DNA of 64,000 nucleotides, taken from an uncultured Microthrixaceae bacterium (GTDB taxonomy: Bacteria; Actinomycetota; Acidimicrobiia; Acidimicrobiales; DATDAH01). Under the pieces are notes generated by a model. The model worked only from the letters and a program-made list of their open reading frames with translations. It ran no database searches and was not told the origin of the DNA. The first letter of the stretch is position 1. Every line of letters starts with the position of its first letter. Made by a program: the position numbers and the translations under genes. Below are positions 35,106-43,425 of the stretch, piece by piece. The stretch lies in the NCBI GenBank assembly GCA_963701565.1, contig CAVPAN010000010.1, positions 445,698 to 509,697 on the forward strand, given 5' to 3'.

Positions 35106-36362
35106 ATGACCTCCATGCCGGCGACGCGCTCGACCACCGTGGTCGTCGTCGGAGGGGGCCACAACGGCCTGGCGATGAGCCGCCGGCTCTCGGAGCGGGT
35201 CATCGACCACGTCGTGCTGGAGCGGGGCGAGGTGGCCTGCTCGTGGCGGACCCAGCGTTGGGACTCGTTCACACTGCTCACCCCGAACTGGCAGAGCCGC
35301 CTCCCCGGGCACCGCTACGACGGCGACGACCCCGACGGGTTCATGGACGCGGCCGAGATCGTGGCCTTCCTCGAGGGCTACGCCGACGTCCTCGACTCAC
35401 CCGTCGTCACCGGCACCACCGTGACCGCCGTCCGGCCGGCCGACGGCGGCTACGACGTCGTCACCGACATGGGGACCTGGCGCGGCCGATGCGTCGTGCT
35501 CGCCGGGGGGGCCGGCAACCTGCCGAGCCTGCCCGGCTTCGCCCCGGCGGTCCCGCCCGAGGTCGAGCAGGTGAACCCGCTCGACTACCGCAACCCCGAT
35601 CAGCTGCCCGACGGCGGCGTGCTGGTGGTCGGCGCCGCCGCCACCGGCATCCAACTGGCCGAGGAGATCCACGCATCCGGGCGTCCGGTCACCCTGTCGG
35701 TGGGCGAGCACGTCCGCCTGCCCCGCACCTACCGGGGCCGCGACATCCAGCACTGGATGGAGGCCATCGGGCGGCTGGACGAGCGCTACGACGAGGTCGA
35801 GGAGATCCTGAAGGCCCGTGGCGTGGCGTCGCCGCAGCTCGTCGGGACGCCGGAACGGCGCACGCTGAACCTGAACCACCTGACCGACGCCGGGGTGGCG
35901 CTGCGGGGACGACTCGGCACCGTCCGCGACGGCGAGGCGCTGTTCTCCGGCGGGCTCCGCAACCACTGCGCGCTGGCGGACCAGAAGCTCGACCGGTTGC
36001 TCGACGACATCGACGAGTGGATCACCGAGCACGGCCTGGACGGCGAGGTCGGCCCGGTCGAGCGCTACGAGCCCACCCGGACCGAACGCGGGGTGCCCCT
36101 GACGATGGACCTGCGCACGGGCCGGATCAGGGCGGTCGTCTGGGCCACCGGGTTCCGGCCCGACCTGTCGTGGGTCGAACTGCCCGTGTTCGGGCCGGAC
36201 GGGCGGCTGCGCCACGACGGCGGGGTCGTCGACGCCCCCGGCGTGTACCACCTCGGGGCCACCTTCCTGCGGCGACGGAAGTCGAGCTTCATCCACGGTG
36301 CCGAGGACGACACGGCCGACCTGGCCGACCACCTGGCGGGCTACCTGGCCGGCCCGGGTTGA
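35106..36362 (+). CDS. FAD/NAD(P)-binding oxidoreductase (flavin monooxygenase-like)
   Basis: MTSMPATRSTTVVVVGGGHNGLAMS... (GxGxxG), a second dinucleotide motif VLVVGAAATGIQLA, and ATGFRPD. Confidence 0.8.
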   Translation: MTSMPATRSTTVVVVGGGHNGLAMSRRLSERVIDHVVLERGEVACSWRTQRWDSFTLLTPNWQSRLPGHRYDGDDPDGFMDAAEIVAFLEGYADVLDSPVVTGTTVTAVRPADGGYDVVTDMGTWRGRCVVLAGGAGNLPSLPGFAPAVPPEVEQVNPLDYRNPDQLPDGGVLVVGAAATGIQLAEEIHASGRPVTLSVGEHVRLPRTYRGRDIQHWMEAIGRLDERYDEVEEILKARGVASPQLVGTPERRTLNLNHLTDAGVALRGRLGTVRDGEALFSGGLRNHCALADQKLDRLLDDIDEWITEHGLDGEVGPVERYEPTRTERGVPLTMDLRTGRIRAVVWATGFRPDLSWVELPVFGPDGRLRHDGGVVDAPGVYHLGATFLRRRKSSFIHGAEDDTADLADHLAGYLAGPG

Positions 36363-36363
36363 G

Positions 36364-37146
36364 TCAGCGCTTGGCGCCCACGTAGCCGAAGACCTGGAGG
36401 GGGGCCCGCAGCGGGAGCCCGTCGCGGACGTGGGCCTCGGCCAGTTCGGTGGCCCGGGCCCGGAACTCCTCCTCGCCGATGTGCTGGATCGCCTCGTAGG
36501 CGGGCCCGGTGGACGCGACGGTCCGGGCGAAGGTCGGCGGATCGGCGAACTCGAACACGAACGGGACCTCGAAGCGCTCGGCCACGTCGAAGCCCCGGTC
36601 CTCGAGGAAGGCCTCGCCCACCCCGGGACGGCCCAGGGACACCATGTCGGCCTGGTGCTGGACCGAGTCGTCGGTGGCCCACCGGAACGGGGCCAGTGCC
36701 CACGCCCCGGGGGACTTGCCCACGTTGCCCCACACCGTCAACCCGAGGCGTCCGCCCGGGACGAGCACCCGACGGGCCTCGTCGACCGCGTCGGGCGTCG
36801 TCCCCCAGATCCCGCGGAAGCTGGTGATCACGTCGAAGGAGGCGTCGGCCCAGGGCAGAGCGGCCATGTCGCCGACCCGGATGTCGGCGTCGGGGTTTCG
36901 GTCCCGGGCCACGGCCGCCAGGCGGGGCGAGGCGTCGATGCCCGCGCAGGTCGCCCCGCGGATGGCCGCCAGCTCGAGGGCGAGCCCCGAACCGCAGGCG
37001 GCGTCGAGCAGGCGGTCGCCCGCTCCGACGTCCAGCCGCTGGTGCAGGGCCAGGTACTCCCGGCAGGCCGCCGGCTCGCCGAGGGTGGCGAACTCGGCGG
37101 CCCGTCGCCCCCATCCCTCGTCGACCATCTTCCAGGACACCCGCAT
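36364..37146 (-). CDS. Class I SAM-dependent methyltransferase
   Basis: MRVSWKMVDEGWG...RLLDAACGSGLALE...FDVITSFRGIW...LVPGGRLGLTVW. Confidence 0.8.
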   Translation of the reverse strand: MRVSWKMVDEGWGRRAAEFATLGEPAACREYLALHQRLDVGAGDRLLDAACGSGLALELAAIRGATCAGIDASPRLAAVARDRNPDADIRVGDMAALPWADASFDVITSFRGIWGTTPDAVDEARRVLVPGGRLGLTVWGNVGKSPGAWALAPFRWATDDSVQHQADMVSLGRPGVGEAFLEDRGFDVAERFEVPFVFEFADPPTFARTVASTGPAYEAIQHIGEEEFRARATELAEAHVRDGLPLRAPLQVFGYVGAKR

Positions 37147-37252
37147 CGCCCCCCTCGTCCGAGTCGGCCCCACCCTAGGACAGGTCACTCCACCCCCGGC
37201 ACGGATCCGGCAGCGCCACTAGCGTCGGTGCCGAGCGACTCCGAGGAGGACC

Positions 37253-37798
37253 ATGGCCGAAGAGATCAACGGGGTGCCCTGCGACAAGATGTTCGGTGCC
37301 ATCGCCCGCTTCCGCGACGACGGCGATCTGGCCCAGTTCCGCTTCTCGGCGGTGAACACCTGGGTCGAGGGCACGGCCAGCGAGTCGTCCATCTTCGAGT
37401 GGTTCGGCATCGGCGCCGACCAGGAGCACGTCGAGCGGTTCAGCTTCCGGGCCGATCACCCGACGCTCGGGCACGGGCACGGCCCGACGCCGCAGGAGTA
37501 CGTGCTGCACGCGCTCGCCGCCTGCATCACCGCCGGCGTCGCCACCGGCGCCGCCGCCCGCAACATCGAGCTGCGCAGCGTGTCGTCGAAGGTGAGCGCC
37601 GACATCGACGTGCGGGGCGTGCTGGGCATCGACCCCGACGTCCGCAAGGGCTTCAGCAACGTCGACGTCGAGTTCGAGGTCGACGCGGACTGCGACGACG
37701 AGACGATGGACGCGCTGGTCGCCGCCGGGACCAAGTACTCGGCGGTCTACGACATGTTGGCCAACCCCACCGAGGTCAACGTCACCCGCAAGCTCTGA
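37253..37798 (+). CDS. OsmC family peroxiredoxin-like protein
   Basis: 181-aa ORF ...GHGPTPQEYVLHALAACITAG...KYSAVYDML. Confidence 0.8.
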   Translation: MAEEINGVPCDKMFGAIARFRDDGDLAQFRFSAVNTWVEGTASESSIFEWFGIGADQEHVERFSFRADHPTLGHGHGPTPQEYVLHALAACITAGVATGAAARNIELRSVSSKVSADIDVRGVLGIDPDVRKGFSNVDVEFEVDADCDDETMDALVAAGTKYSAVYDMLANPTEVNVTRKL

Positions 37799-37926
37799 CG
37801 CGGCAGAGGCGCTCGGGCGCGTGCCGCCGGCGAGGCGGCCGCGAGCACTGGACCGGCCGGTGCCCTACCATCGGCAGCGCCCAGCCGATGGCCGGTGGGA
37901 AGGGGGGCCCGCCCAGAGGAGGGGAC

Positions 37927-38529
37927 ATGGCCGACAACCCGCTTCCACTCGCCGCCGTGGTCATCCAGTCCACGGTTGCCGACTTCGACGCCTGGAAGGC
38001 GACCTTCGACGGGGCGGAGGACCTTCGCCGCTCGGGCGCCGTCATCGGCCACCACATCAACCGCAGCACCGACGACCCCAACCGCATCGCCGTCTACTTC
38101 GCCTCCTCGGACGAGGAGGCCACGCGGGCCTGGTCCACCTCGGACGAGCTGCGGGAGGTCATGCGGAAGGCGGGGGTGCAGGCCCCGCCCGAGATGTTGT
38201 GGATGACCCCGTTGCGCGAGGACATCGTCTGGGACCGCGAGCTGCCTGCGGCGATCATCAGCCACCCCGTGGCCGACGTGGCGACCTGGCTCGCCGGCTA
38301 CGACGCCGCCGCAGACTTCCGGGACGACGCCGGCATCGTGGGCCACGCCGTCAACCAGTCGATGGACGACCCGTCGGTGGTGGTCGTCTACCACCAGGCC
38401 GAGACCTCCGAGGCCCTCGACGCCTTCCTGTCCTCACCCGACCTGCAGGAACGGATGCAGAGCTTGGGCGTCACCGCCCCGCCCGAGATCTCCCACTACA
38501 TCGGGGGCTGGGGCAAGCAGTACACGTAG
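37927..38529 (+). CDS. Hypothetical protein with two tandem ~95-aa domains (ferredoxin-like/ABM-like by pattern)
   Basis: ATG 37927. The halves AVVIQSTVADFDAWKATFDG...GVQAPPEMLWM and AIISHPVADVATWLAGYDAA...GVTAPPEISHY are internal repeats. Only the last 200 aa of track ORF 36298..38529 look coding. Confidence 0.6.
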   Translation: MADNPLPLAAVVIQSTVADFDAWKATFDGAEDLRRSGAVIGHHINRSTDDPNRIAVYFASSDEEATRAWSTSDELREVMRKAGVQAPPEMLWMTPLREDIVWDRELPAAIISHPVADVATWLAGYDAAADFRDDAGIVGHAVNQSMDDPSVVVVYHQAETSEALDAFLSSPDLQERMQSLGVTAPPEISHYIGGWGKQYT

Positions 38530-38585
38530 GCCGCGGCCCGGGTTCGCCCAGCGCGGCGAGGTCGTGCAGGTCCTTCGAGAAGATG

Positions 38586-38634
38586 GTTGAGGCGTGAATC
38601 CCCCTCGGGTTCGGATTCCGATCGCATCGTCTGA
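38586..38634. repeat. Left copy of a 48-49-nt direct repeat (right copy at 42507-42554)
   Basis: gttgaggcgtgaatccccctcgggttcggattccgatcgcatcgtctga versus gttgagacgtgaatcccctcgggttcggattccgatcgcatcgtctga. It contains a tRNA T-arm-like tcggg-ttcggat-tccga. Confidence 0.8.
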
Positions 38635-38776
38635 TGGACGATCCGAAGGTCGATCGGATGGTCGGATCGTGCGCCCGAATGTCGGCCGGCGCGATCGGTC
38701 CAGCACTGCAGGCTGTCTGGACCGCGGCGACATGGGTGAACGCAGCGCGTGAGCGCGCCCCTCCCGCTGCTGCCGC

Positions 38777-39877
38777 TTATGCGCTTCTGACCTTGTGTAC
38801 GGTGGCTCTGTAGGCCTTTACGGGCCGGCCCTCGGCGTCGAGCAGGCGCCCAGCGTGAAGCAGCCCGGTGACGACGTGCGCGGCCTTGGAGCGGCCGCAG
38901 TGGATTCTGTCCCGGAGGCTCACAACGAGCTGGCCGGCCGTCTGGGTGCCGGGGGAACCGTCGACGACCTGATGGACGATGGCCTCGAACTCGGCCCGGC
39001 TGGCCTCATCGAGGATGACCTTCCGCTTCCCACCGGCGGGCTCGTTCCCTGTCCCCTCGGCCTCGGCGCTCATGGAGGCTTCGGCTCGTTCGACCAGCCG
39101 TAGGTTTCGTCCAGGCTCAGCGGTGGCGCCGAGCTTGGTGGCATGGGCCTCGACCTGACCGGGCTCCATGATCCGGATCGAGAAGAACTCCTCGGCGATG
39201 ACCGCCTTGTCGGAGTCCAACCGCGGAGCGACCACCACGGCCCGGTCACCGTCGACGCCGACGATGCGAATCACATCGCCGAAACGGGGAAGGCTCTCGG
39301 CCACCCGGTGGCCGGACTTGCATTCGAAGACCACCGGCGCTCCGCCGACGATCGCTACGACGTCGAGCTCCAGCTCGCCATGGTCCGGGTGGTCCACGTG
39401 AACGTTGCGGGCGACTTGGGCGTCCTGACCGAGCACCGACCGCAGCACCTGTTCCACGCCGATCTCTAGCCACGGACCGGCGACGAAGGTTCGCAGGCGG
39501 GCACCGGCCTGCGTTCGCTGCGCGTTGAGGCTGAAGTCGAGCATCGCATCCGACGAGTTCACCCCCCGGAGCAACCCGACCGCGGCCAACGACTGGGCGA
39601 CGTCGAGGGCCAGCTGGTTCTGGTGCTCGTCAGGACCGAGCTGGATGCATCCGCTCGACTGCTCCTCCTTCGACAGCAAAGAGTGGAGGTCACCAAGGAG
39701 GCGGCCCGCAGGCGCAGAGCGCACCCCGTCAGCCGCGATTCGACAGAAGAGGGAATCCGCCGGCTGGAACACAGCGGAACGCCGTTCGACGAGCTGCCTA
39801 CTTGCGAGCCACTGGTCGATGAGCGGCGTGGCGGCCGGCCTCGTCGACGATCCGACCGGAACGGCGAGAACGCTCAT
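38777..39877 (-). CDS. PD-(D/E)xK nuclease-like protein (Card1/DUF1887-like core) with C-terminal winged-helix-like tail
   Basis: GAGGAGG lies 4 nt upstream of ATG 39877. MSVLAVPVGSSTRPAATPLI...GELELDVVAIVGGAPVVFECKSGHR (D...ExK)...QLVVSLRDRIHCGRSKAAHVVTGLLHAGRLLDAEGRPVKAY. Confidence 0.55.
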   Translation of the reverse strand: MSVLAVPVGSSTRPAATPLIDQWLASRQLVERRSAVFQPADSLFCRIAADGVRSAPAGRLLGDLHSLLSKEEQSSGCIQLGPDEHQNQLALDVAQSLAAVGLLRGVNSSDAMLDFSLNAQRTQAGARLRTFVAGPWLEIGVEQVLRSVLGQDAQVARNVHVDHPDHGELELDVVAIVGGAPVVFECKSGHRVAESLPRFGDVIRIVGVDGDRAVVVAPRLDSDKAVIAEEFFSIRIMEPGQVEAHATKLGATAEPGRNLRLVERAEASMSAEAEGTGNEPAGGKRKVILDEASRAEFEAIVHQVVDGSPGTQTAGQLVVSLRDRIHCGRSKAAHVVTGLLHAGRLLDAEGRPVKAYRATVHKVRSA

Positions 39878-40062
39878 GGCTGGCCTCCTCGTCACGAGGG
39901 CTACCTACTGCCCGTTCCCGTGCCGATGTCGGCCCCGCATCTCGGCGCCCTGAGCTACTCATCGGGCGGGCAGAGTCGGGGGTTGAGTCCGACCATTTCC
40001 GGCTGCCCATTCTCACGGATCCGCGGCTGGCCAAGTGTAGCCGTTTGTAATACACTTGGTCA

Positions 40063-40374
40063 GTGGATGGCTCCGACCTCCTCGACCTCGACCTGCTTGA
40101 TGACGACGATCCCTTCGAGATCGACGACCAAGCTGCCCATCTGTTCAAGCACGCGGCTCTGGGAATCGACGACATCAACGAGGTCTGGCAATCAGACCCT
40201 GTCTTCTACCCGGCCAAGCCACCGGCGGACTGGCTGATGGTGGCCGACGTAGCCGGCCGTGTCCTCGTCGTACCCCTGGCACGGCCTGACTCGAGCGACC
40301 CCACCAAGTGTCGTCCGATCGGTTGCTACGAGGCCGCCGACCACCTCGCGCGCCGCTACCAGGAGGACCGATGA
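40063..40374 (+). CDS. BrnT-like (DUF497/RelE-fold) toxin candidate
   Basis: ...FEIDDQAAHLFKHAALGIDDINEVWQSDPVF...RVLVVPLARP...CRPIGCYEAADHLARRYQE. ATGA overlap with the antitoxin. Confidence 0.45.
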   Translation: MDGSDLLDLDLLDDDDPFEIDDQAAHLFKHAALGIDDINEVWQSDPVFYPAKPPADWLMVADVAGRVLVVPLARPDSSDPTKCRPIGCYEAADHLARRYQEDR

Positions 40375-40613
40375 GCACCACTCCCAAGAAGATGACTCGT
40401 CAGGAAGAACACGACTTCTACGCCAAGCCGGAGAATCAGGAGCCCCAAGGCCCCGCTCGACGTCGGCGAGCCCGCCTCACCGAAGTCGTGCCCGTCCGCT
40501 TTCCTGAAGACACCCTCGAAGAGCTTCGTGACCGGGCCGAGGCTGACGATCGGTCAGTCAGCTCCTGGATTCGGCGAGCGGTCGAACACGAACTCCGTCG
40601 CGACGTCGGCTGA
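40371..40613 (+). CDS. Ribbon-helix-helix antitoxin (BrnA/CopG-like)
   Basis: MSTTPKKMTRQEEHDFYAKPENQEPQGPARRRRARLTEVVPVRFPEDTLEELRDRAEADDRSVSSWIRRAVEHEL. Confidence 0.7.
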   Translation: MSTTPKKMTRQEEHDFYAKPENQEPQGPARRRRARLTEVVPVRFPEDTLEELRDRAEADDRSVSSWIRRAVEHELRRDVG

Positions 40614-41016
40614 CCAAGTCGCCCAAGACCTGCGGCAGCCTCCCGACGGCGGAACTCGTCCCCCAGCCGTCGTTCGGTCCGTCGCCGCTACGTGATGGGC
40701 ACGTCGGACATCCCAACCCGAATGCCGCCCTGGGTCGAAGTCCGTGACCGCGCACGGGTGGCCGCTCCCTCCACACCATGATCGGAGCGTCTGGTCGGTC
40801 GGCGCGGACTTCGAGCCCGCATGTCCATTACGACACCTCCGAAGCCATACACACTTTGGGTGCTTCGTCGCATTCCGGCGCCGGCGACGCTTGCTGCATG
40901 AGACCGAGCCCCGTATGGCCCACCAAGCGCCTCCCCCGGTCAGATGGCGAAGGCACCGGCGACGCCGCCTCCGAGGAGGGCGGCGTCGCCGGTGCGAGCT
41001 TCGGCTGGGCTTCGCG

Positions 41017-41718
41017 TCAGGACGAGGCGGCTTGGTCGACCGCGATGGGGCTGCCGTGCTCGATCAGCTGCTGATGGCTCGGGGTATCGACCTCGCTATC
41101 GGTGCCGGCGGCTTGGTCGACCGCGGTGGGGCTGCCGTGCTCGATCAGCTGCGGGTGGTTCGGGACCACGACCTCGGCGGCTTGGTCGACCGCGGTGGGG
41201 CTGCCGTGCTCGATCAGCTGCTGATAGCTCCCGGTCACCGCGCCACCGGTGCCGGCGGCCTGGTCGACCGCGGTGGGGCTGCCGTGCTCGATCAGCTGCT
41301 GATGGCTCCCGGTCACCGCGCCACCGGTGCCGGCGGCTTGGTCGACCGCGATGGGGCTGCCGTGCTCGATCAGCTGCTGATGGCTCGGGACCACGACCTC
41401 GGCGGCCTGGTCGACCGCGGTGGGGCTGCCGTGCTCGATCAGCTGCTGATGGCTCGGGACCACGACCTCGGCGGCCTGGTCGACCGCGGTGGGGCTGCCG
41501 TGCTCGATCAGCTGCTGATGGCTCGGGGTATCGACCTCGCTATCGGGTCGGAGGGCGAAGAAGGTCAGGATGACCGCCGTCACGGCGCCGACCAGGACCA
41601 ACAGCCATGTCGGGCTCCAGTCCCGGGTCGTCTCCGCCGGGAGAGACGACGTGGGCGGCGCGGTCTCCTCGACCAGGGTGCGCTCTTCGACCTGGGTGCG
41701 CTCTTCGGTGAGTGTCAT
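41017..41718 (-). CDS. Single-pass membrane protein carrying eight HQQLIEHGSPTAVDQAA tandem repeats
   Basis: GAAGGAG lies upstream of ATG 41718. MTLTEERTQVEERTLVEETAPPTSSLPAETTRDWSPTWLLVLVGAVTAVILTFFALRP is followed by 8 x [S/N/Y]H[Q/P]QLIEHGSP[T/I]AVDQAA. The repeats are separated by EVVVP, GTGGAVTG or GTDSEVDTP linkers. Confidence 0.7.
   Translation of the reverse strand: MTLTEERTQVEERTLVEETAPPTSSLPAETTRDWSPTWLLVLVGAVTAVILTFFALRPDSEVDTPSHQQLIEHGSPTAVDQAAEVVVPSHQQLIEHGSPTAVDQAAEVVVPSHQQLIEHGSPIAVDQAAGTGGAVTGSHQQLIEHGSPTAVDQAAGTGGAVTGSYQQLIEHGSPTAVDQAAEVVVPNHPQLIEHGSPTAVDQAAGTDSEVDTPSHQQLIEHGSPIAVDQAASS
41030..41560. repeat. In-frame coding tandem repeats of 60-72 bp (8 units)
   Basis: The core ggc(t/c)tggtcgaccgcg(g/a)tggggctgccgtgctcgatcagctgc recurs with three linker types. 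Confidence 0.85.
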
Positions 41719-42506
41719 GATGGCTCCTTCGTGTCCGGGGATCGGGTCTTCGTCCAGTAGCGCACGGCCCCGGTCCGGCGTCTGTCGCCTGGCGCACACT
41801 CCCGTGCCACGATGAGCGCTGGCCAGGGGGGACGATGCGGTCGTCGGCTCCCAGACCGGGACGGCCAAGAGGTCCAACGTGACCCGACTCCCCGGCGCCT
41901 GCGGCCACCGGGGCATCACGGTTGAGGTGAGGATGAGGTCCACCAGCCGCCACTCGTCGTCGCCGACATGGTCGGCCCTGCACACGAAGTACGCACGCAC
42001 GGACGCCAGCATCGTTCTCGCTGTCCACCTGCGAACTGACCCGGTAGTCGATGTCGGGCCTCAAGACGGCGGTGACCTCCCCGTCGTCCTCGTGGAGGTC
42101 GGAATGGGGTCGGTTCTGGGTTTGGGCGTTCAGTTGGCGTCGTAACAGGCGAGTGCAATGCGGGCATTGCCGGTGTCTGCACGGCATGCGCCAGCGACGA
42201 CGAGCTGGCCGTCGGCCTGGGGTCAATGCCCACCGGCATGTCGTCGGGCTCGAGGTCTCCTCGGCGGGCCACCCGCGAGCCGCGTCACCAACCTGGCAGG
42301 GCACAACACCTAGCCCTGACCCTGTGCATCAACGACCGGGTGCCGCCCGACCGCGAGCTCCTGGTCACGACGGCGCAGTACGAGCTCGGGCCGCAGGCGA
42401 GAGCCGCGGACCCCGACGTCCAGGCGCTCTACGAGCAGCTGACCGAGGCGGCGCAAGCGTGCGCCGTCGAGCTGCTCGGGGCCGGCTGACGGACGCGTTC
42501 AAGAGA

Positions 42507-42554
42507 GTTGAGACGTGAATCCCCTCGGGTTCGGATTCCGATCGCATCGTCTGA
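42507..42554. repeat. Right copy of the 48-49-nt direct repeat
   Basis: See 38586-38634. It differs by one substitution and one C-run length difference. Weaker similarity extends about 10 nt further 5' in both copies. Confidence 0.8.
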
Positions 42555-42620
42555 CCGGCCCTCCGACTGCGGCAATTCGCAGCCGTGAGGTATCACTCTG
42601 ATACCGTCGTTGTCGTGGCC

Positions 42621-42818
42621 ATGACGCTCCGCCTCAGTGACGCCGAGCAGTCCGCTCTTCGCGAGCGCGCCGCAGCCGAGGGCATCTCGATGCAGGAGGC
42701 AGCGCGGCGGGCTGTCCGTGACTATCTCGCCCGTCAGGCCCACCAAGAACGGGTCGAAGCGGCCGCGGTGGTCATCACCGAAGCCCACGCCGAGGCGCTC
42801 GAGCGTCTCGGTCAGTGA
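42621..42818 (+). CDS. Ribbon-helix-helix antitoxin (Phd position of a Doc module)
   Basis: MTLRLSDAEQSALRERAAAEGISMQEAARRAVRDYLARQ... Confidence 0.7.
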   Translation: MTLRLSDAEQSALRERAAAEGISMQEAARRAVRDYLARQAHQERVEAAAVVITEAHAEALERLGQ

Positions 42819-43219
42819 GCGACCGGCCCGAGTACCTCGACCTCGAAGACCTGCTGGCGCTCGCTCGACGGCTACTCGGTGATCCGCCACCGGTTCGCGA
42901 CATCGGGCTGTTGGCATCTGCGGTCGCTCGGCCCCAGGCGAGCGTGTTCGGCGAGGACGCCTACCCGGACATCTGGACCAAGGCCGCGGCACTGCTCCAG
43001 TCGACCGTGAGCAACCACGCCCTGGTCGACGGGAACAAGCGCCTGGGCTGGCTGGCGACCGCCGTCTTCCTCAACCTCAACGGGGCGCCCGTGGAACGCG
43101 CCCGAAACGCCGACGTCTACGACCTCGTCATCAGGGTGGCCGGCGGTGAGGCGGACGTCGCGACCATCGCCGCGCACCTGCAACAGATCATCGAGGGGCC
43201 GCAGTCGCCCGTCAGATGA
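42815..43219 (+). CDS. doc: Doc (Fic-fold) toxin
   Basis: GTGA overlap with the antitoxin. ...STVSNHALVDGNKRLGWLATAVFL... (Doc motif H.(F/L).DGNKR). Confidence 0.85.
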   Translation: MSDRPEYLDLEDLLALARRLLGDPPPVRDIGLLASAVARPQASVFGEDAYPDIWTKAAALLQSTVSNHALVDGNKRLGWLATAVFLNLNGAPVERARNADVYDLVIRVAGGEADVATIAAHLQQIIEGPQSPVR

Positions 43220-43425
43220 TGCACCCCAGCGATCGTCGGAGTCAGGTCTCCGACCGACCTTCGGGTCATAGATCCGACGGTCAGCTCCTCCAGAAGTCGG
43301 TTCCTATCTCCCAACGTGCTGCGGTGACGCGGGCGTGCGCCTGGCCCGTGGAGGATGAGCCCCGTAGGCCGTGCTTTCAAGCCGGCCGAGTTGACCGTGG
43401 AATCGGCATCCGTTAGCCACGAGGA

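Noticed and set aside
36298-38529. 743-aa plus-strand ORF
   Set aside because: Only the last 200 codons (from ATG 37927) look coding. The upstream part is antisense to the methyltransferase 36364..37146 and out of frame with the OsmC gene.
38605-38621. tRNA gene (T-arm-like tcggg-ttcggat-tccga, also at 42525-42541)
   Set aside because: No matching acceptor 5' strand, D-arm or anticodon arm can be drawn upstream in either copy. It is kept only as a possible tRNA-derived att scar.
41030-41560. Possible CRISPR array (regular ~60-72-bp periodicity)
   Set aside because: The units are contiguous, in frame and translate to a coherent repeat protein with an RBS, a start and a TM helix. The 'spacers' are three recurring linker types rather than unique sequences, and there are no cas genes.
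41760-42490. One or two small genes between the repeat protein and the right direct repeat (coding-like segments NRPHSDLHEDDGEVTAVLRPDIDYRVSSQVDSENDAGV / RAYFVCRADHVGDDEWRLVDLILTSTVMPRW on the minus strand, and LVTTAQYELGPQARAADPDVQALYEQLTEAAQ on the plus strand)
   Set aside because: Several frames are open simultaneously, I recognise no family, and there is no clear start or RBS. The minus-strand pieces would need a frameshift in a (gcgt)n run to join. Left unassigned.
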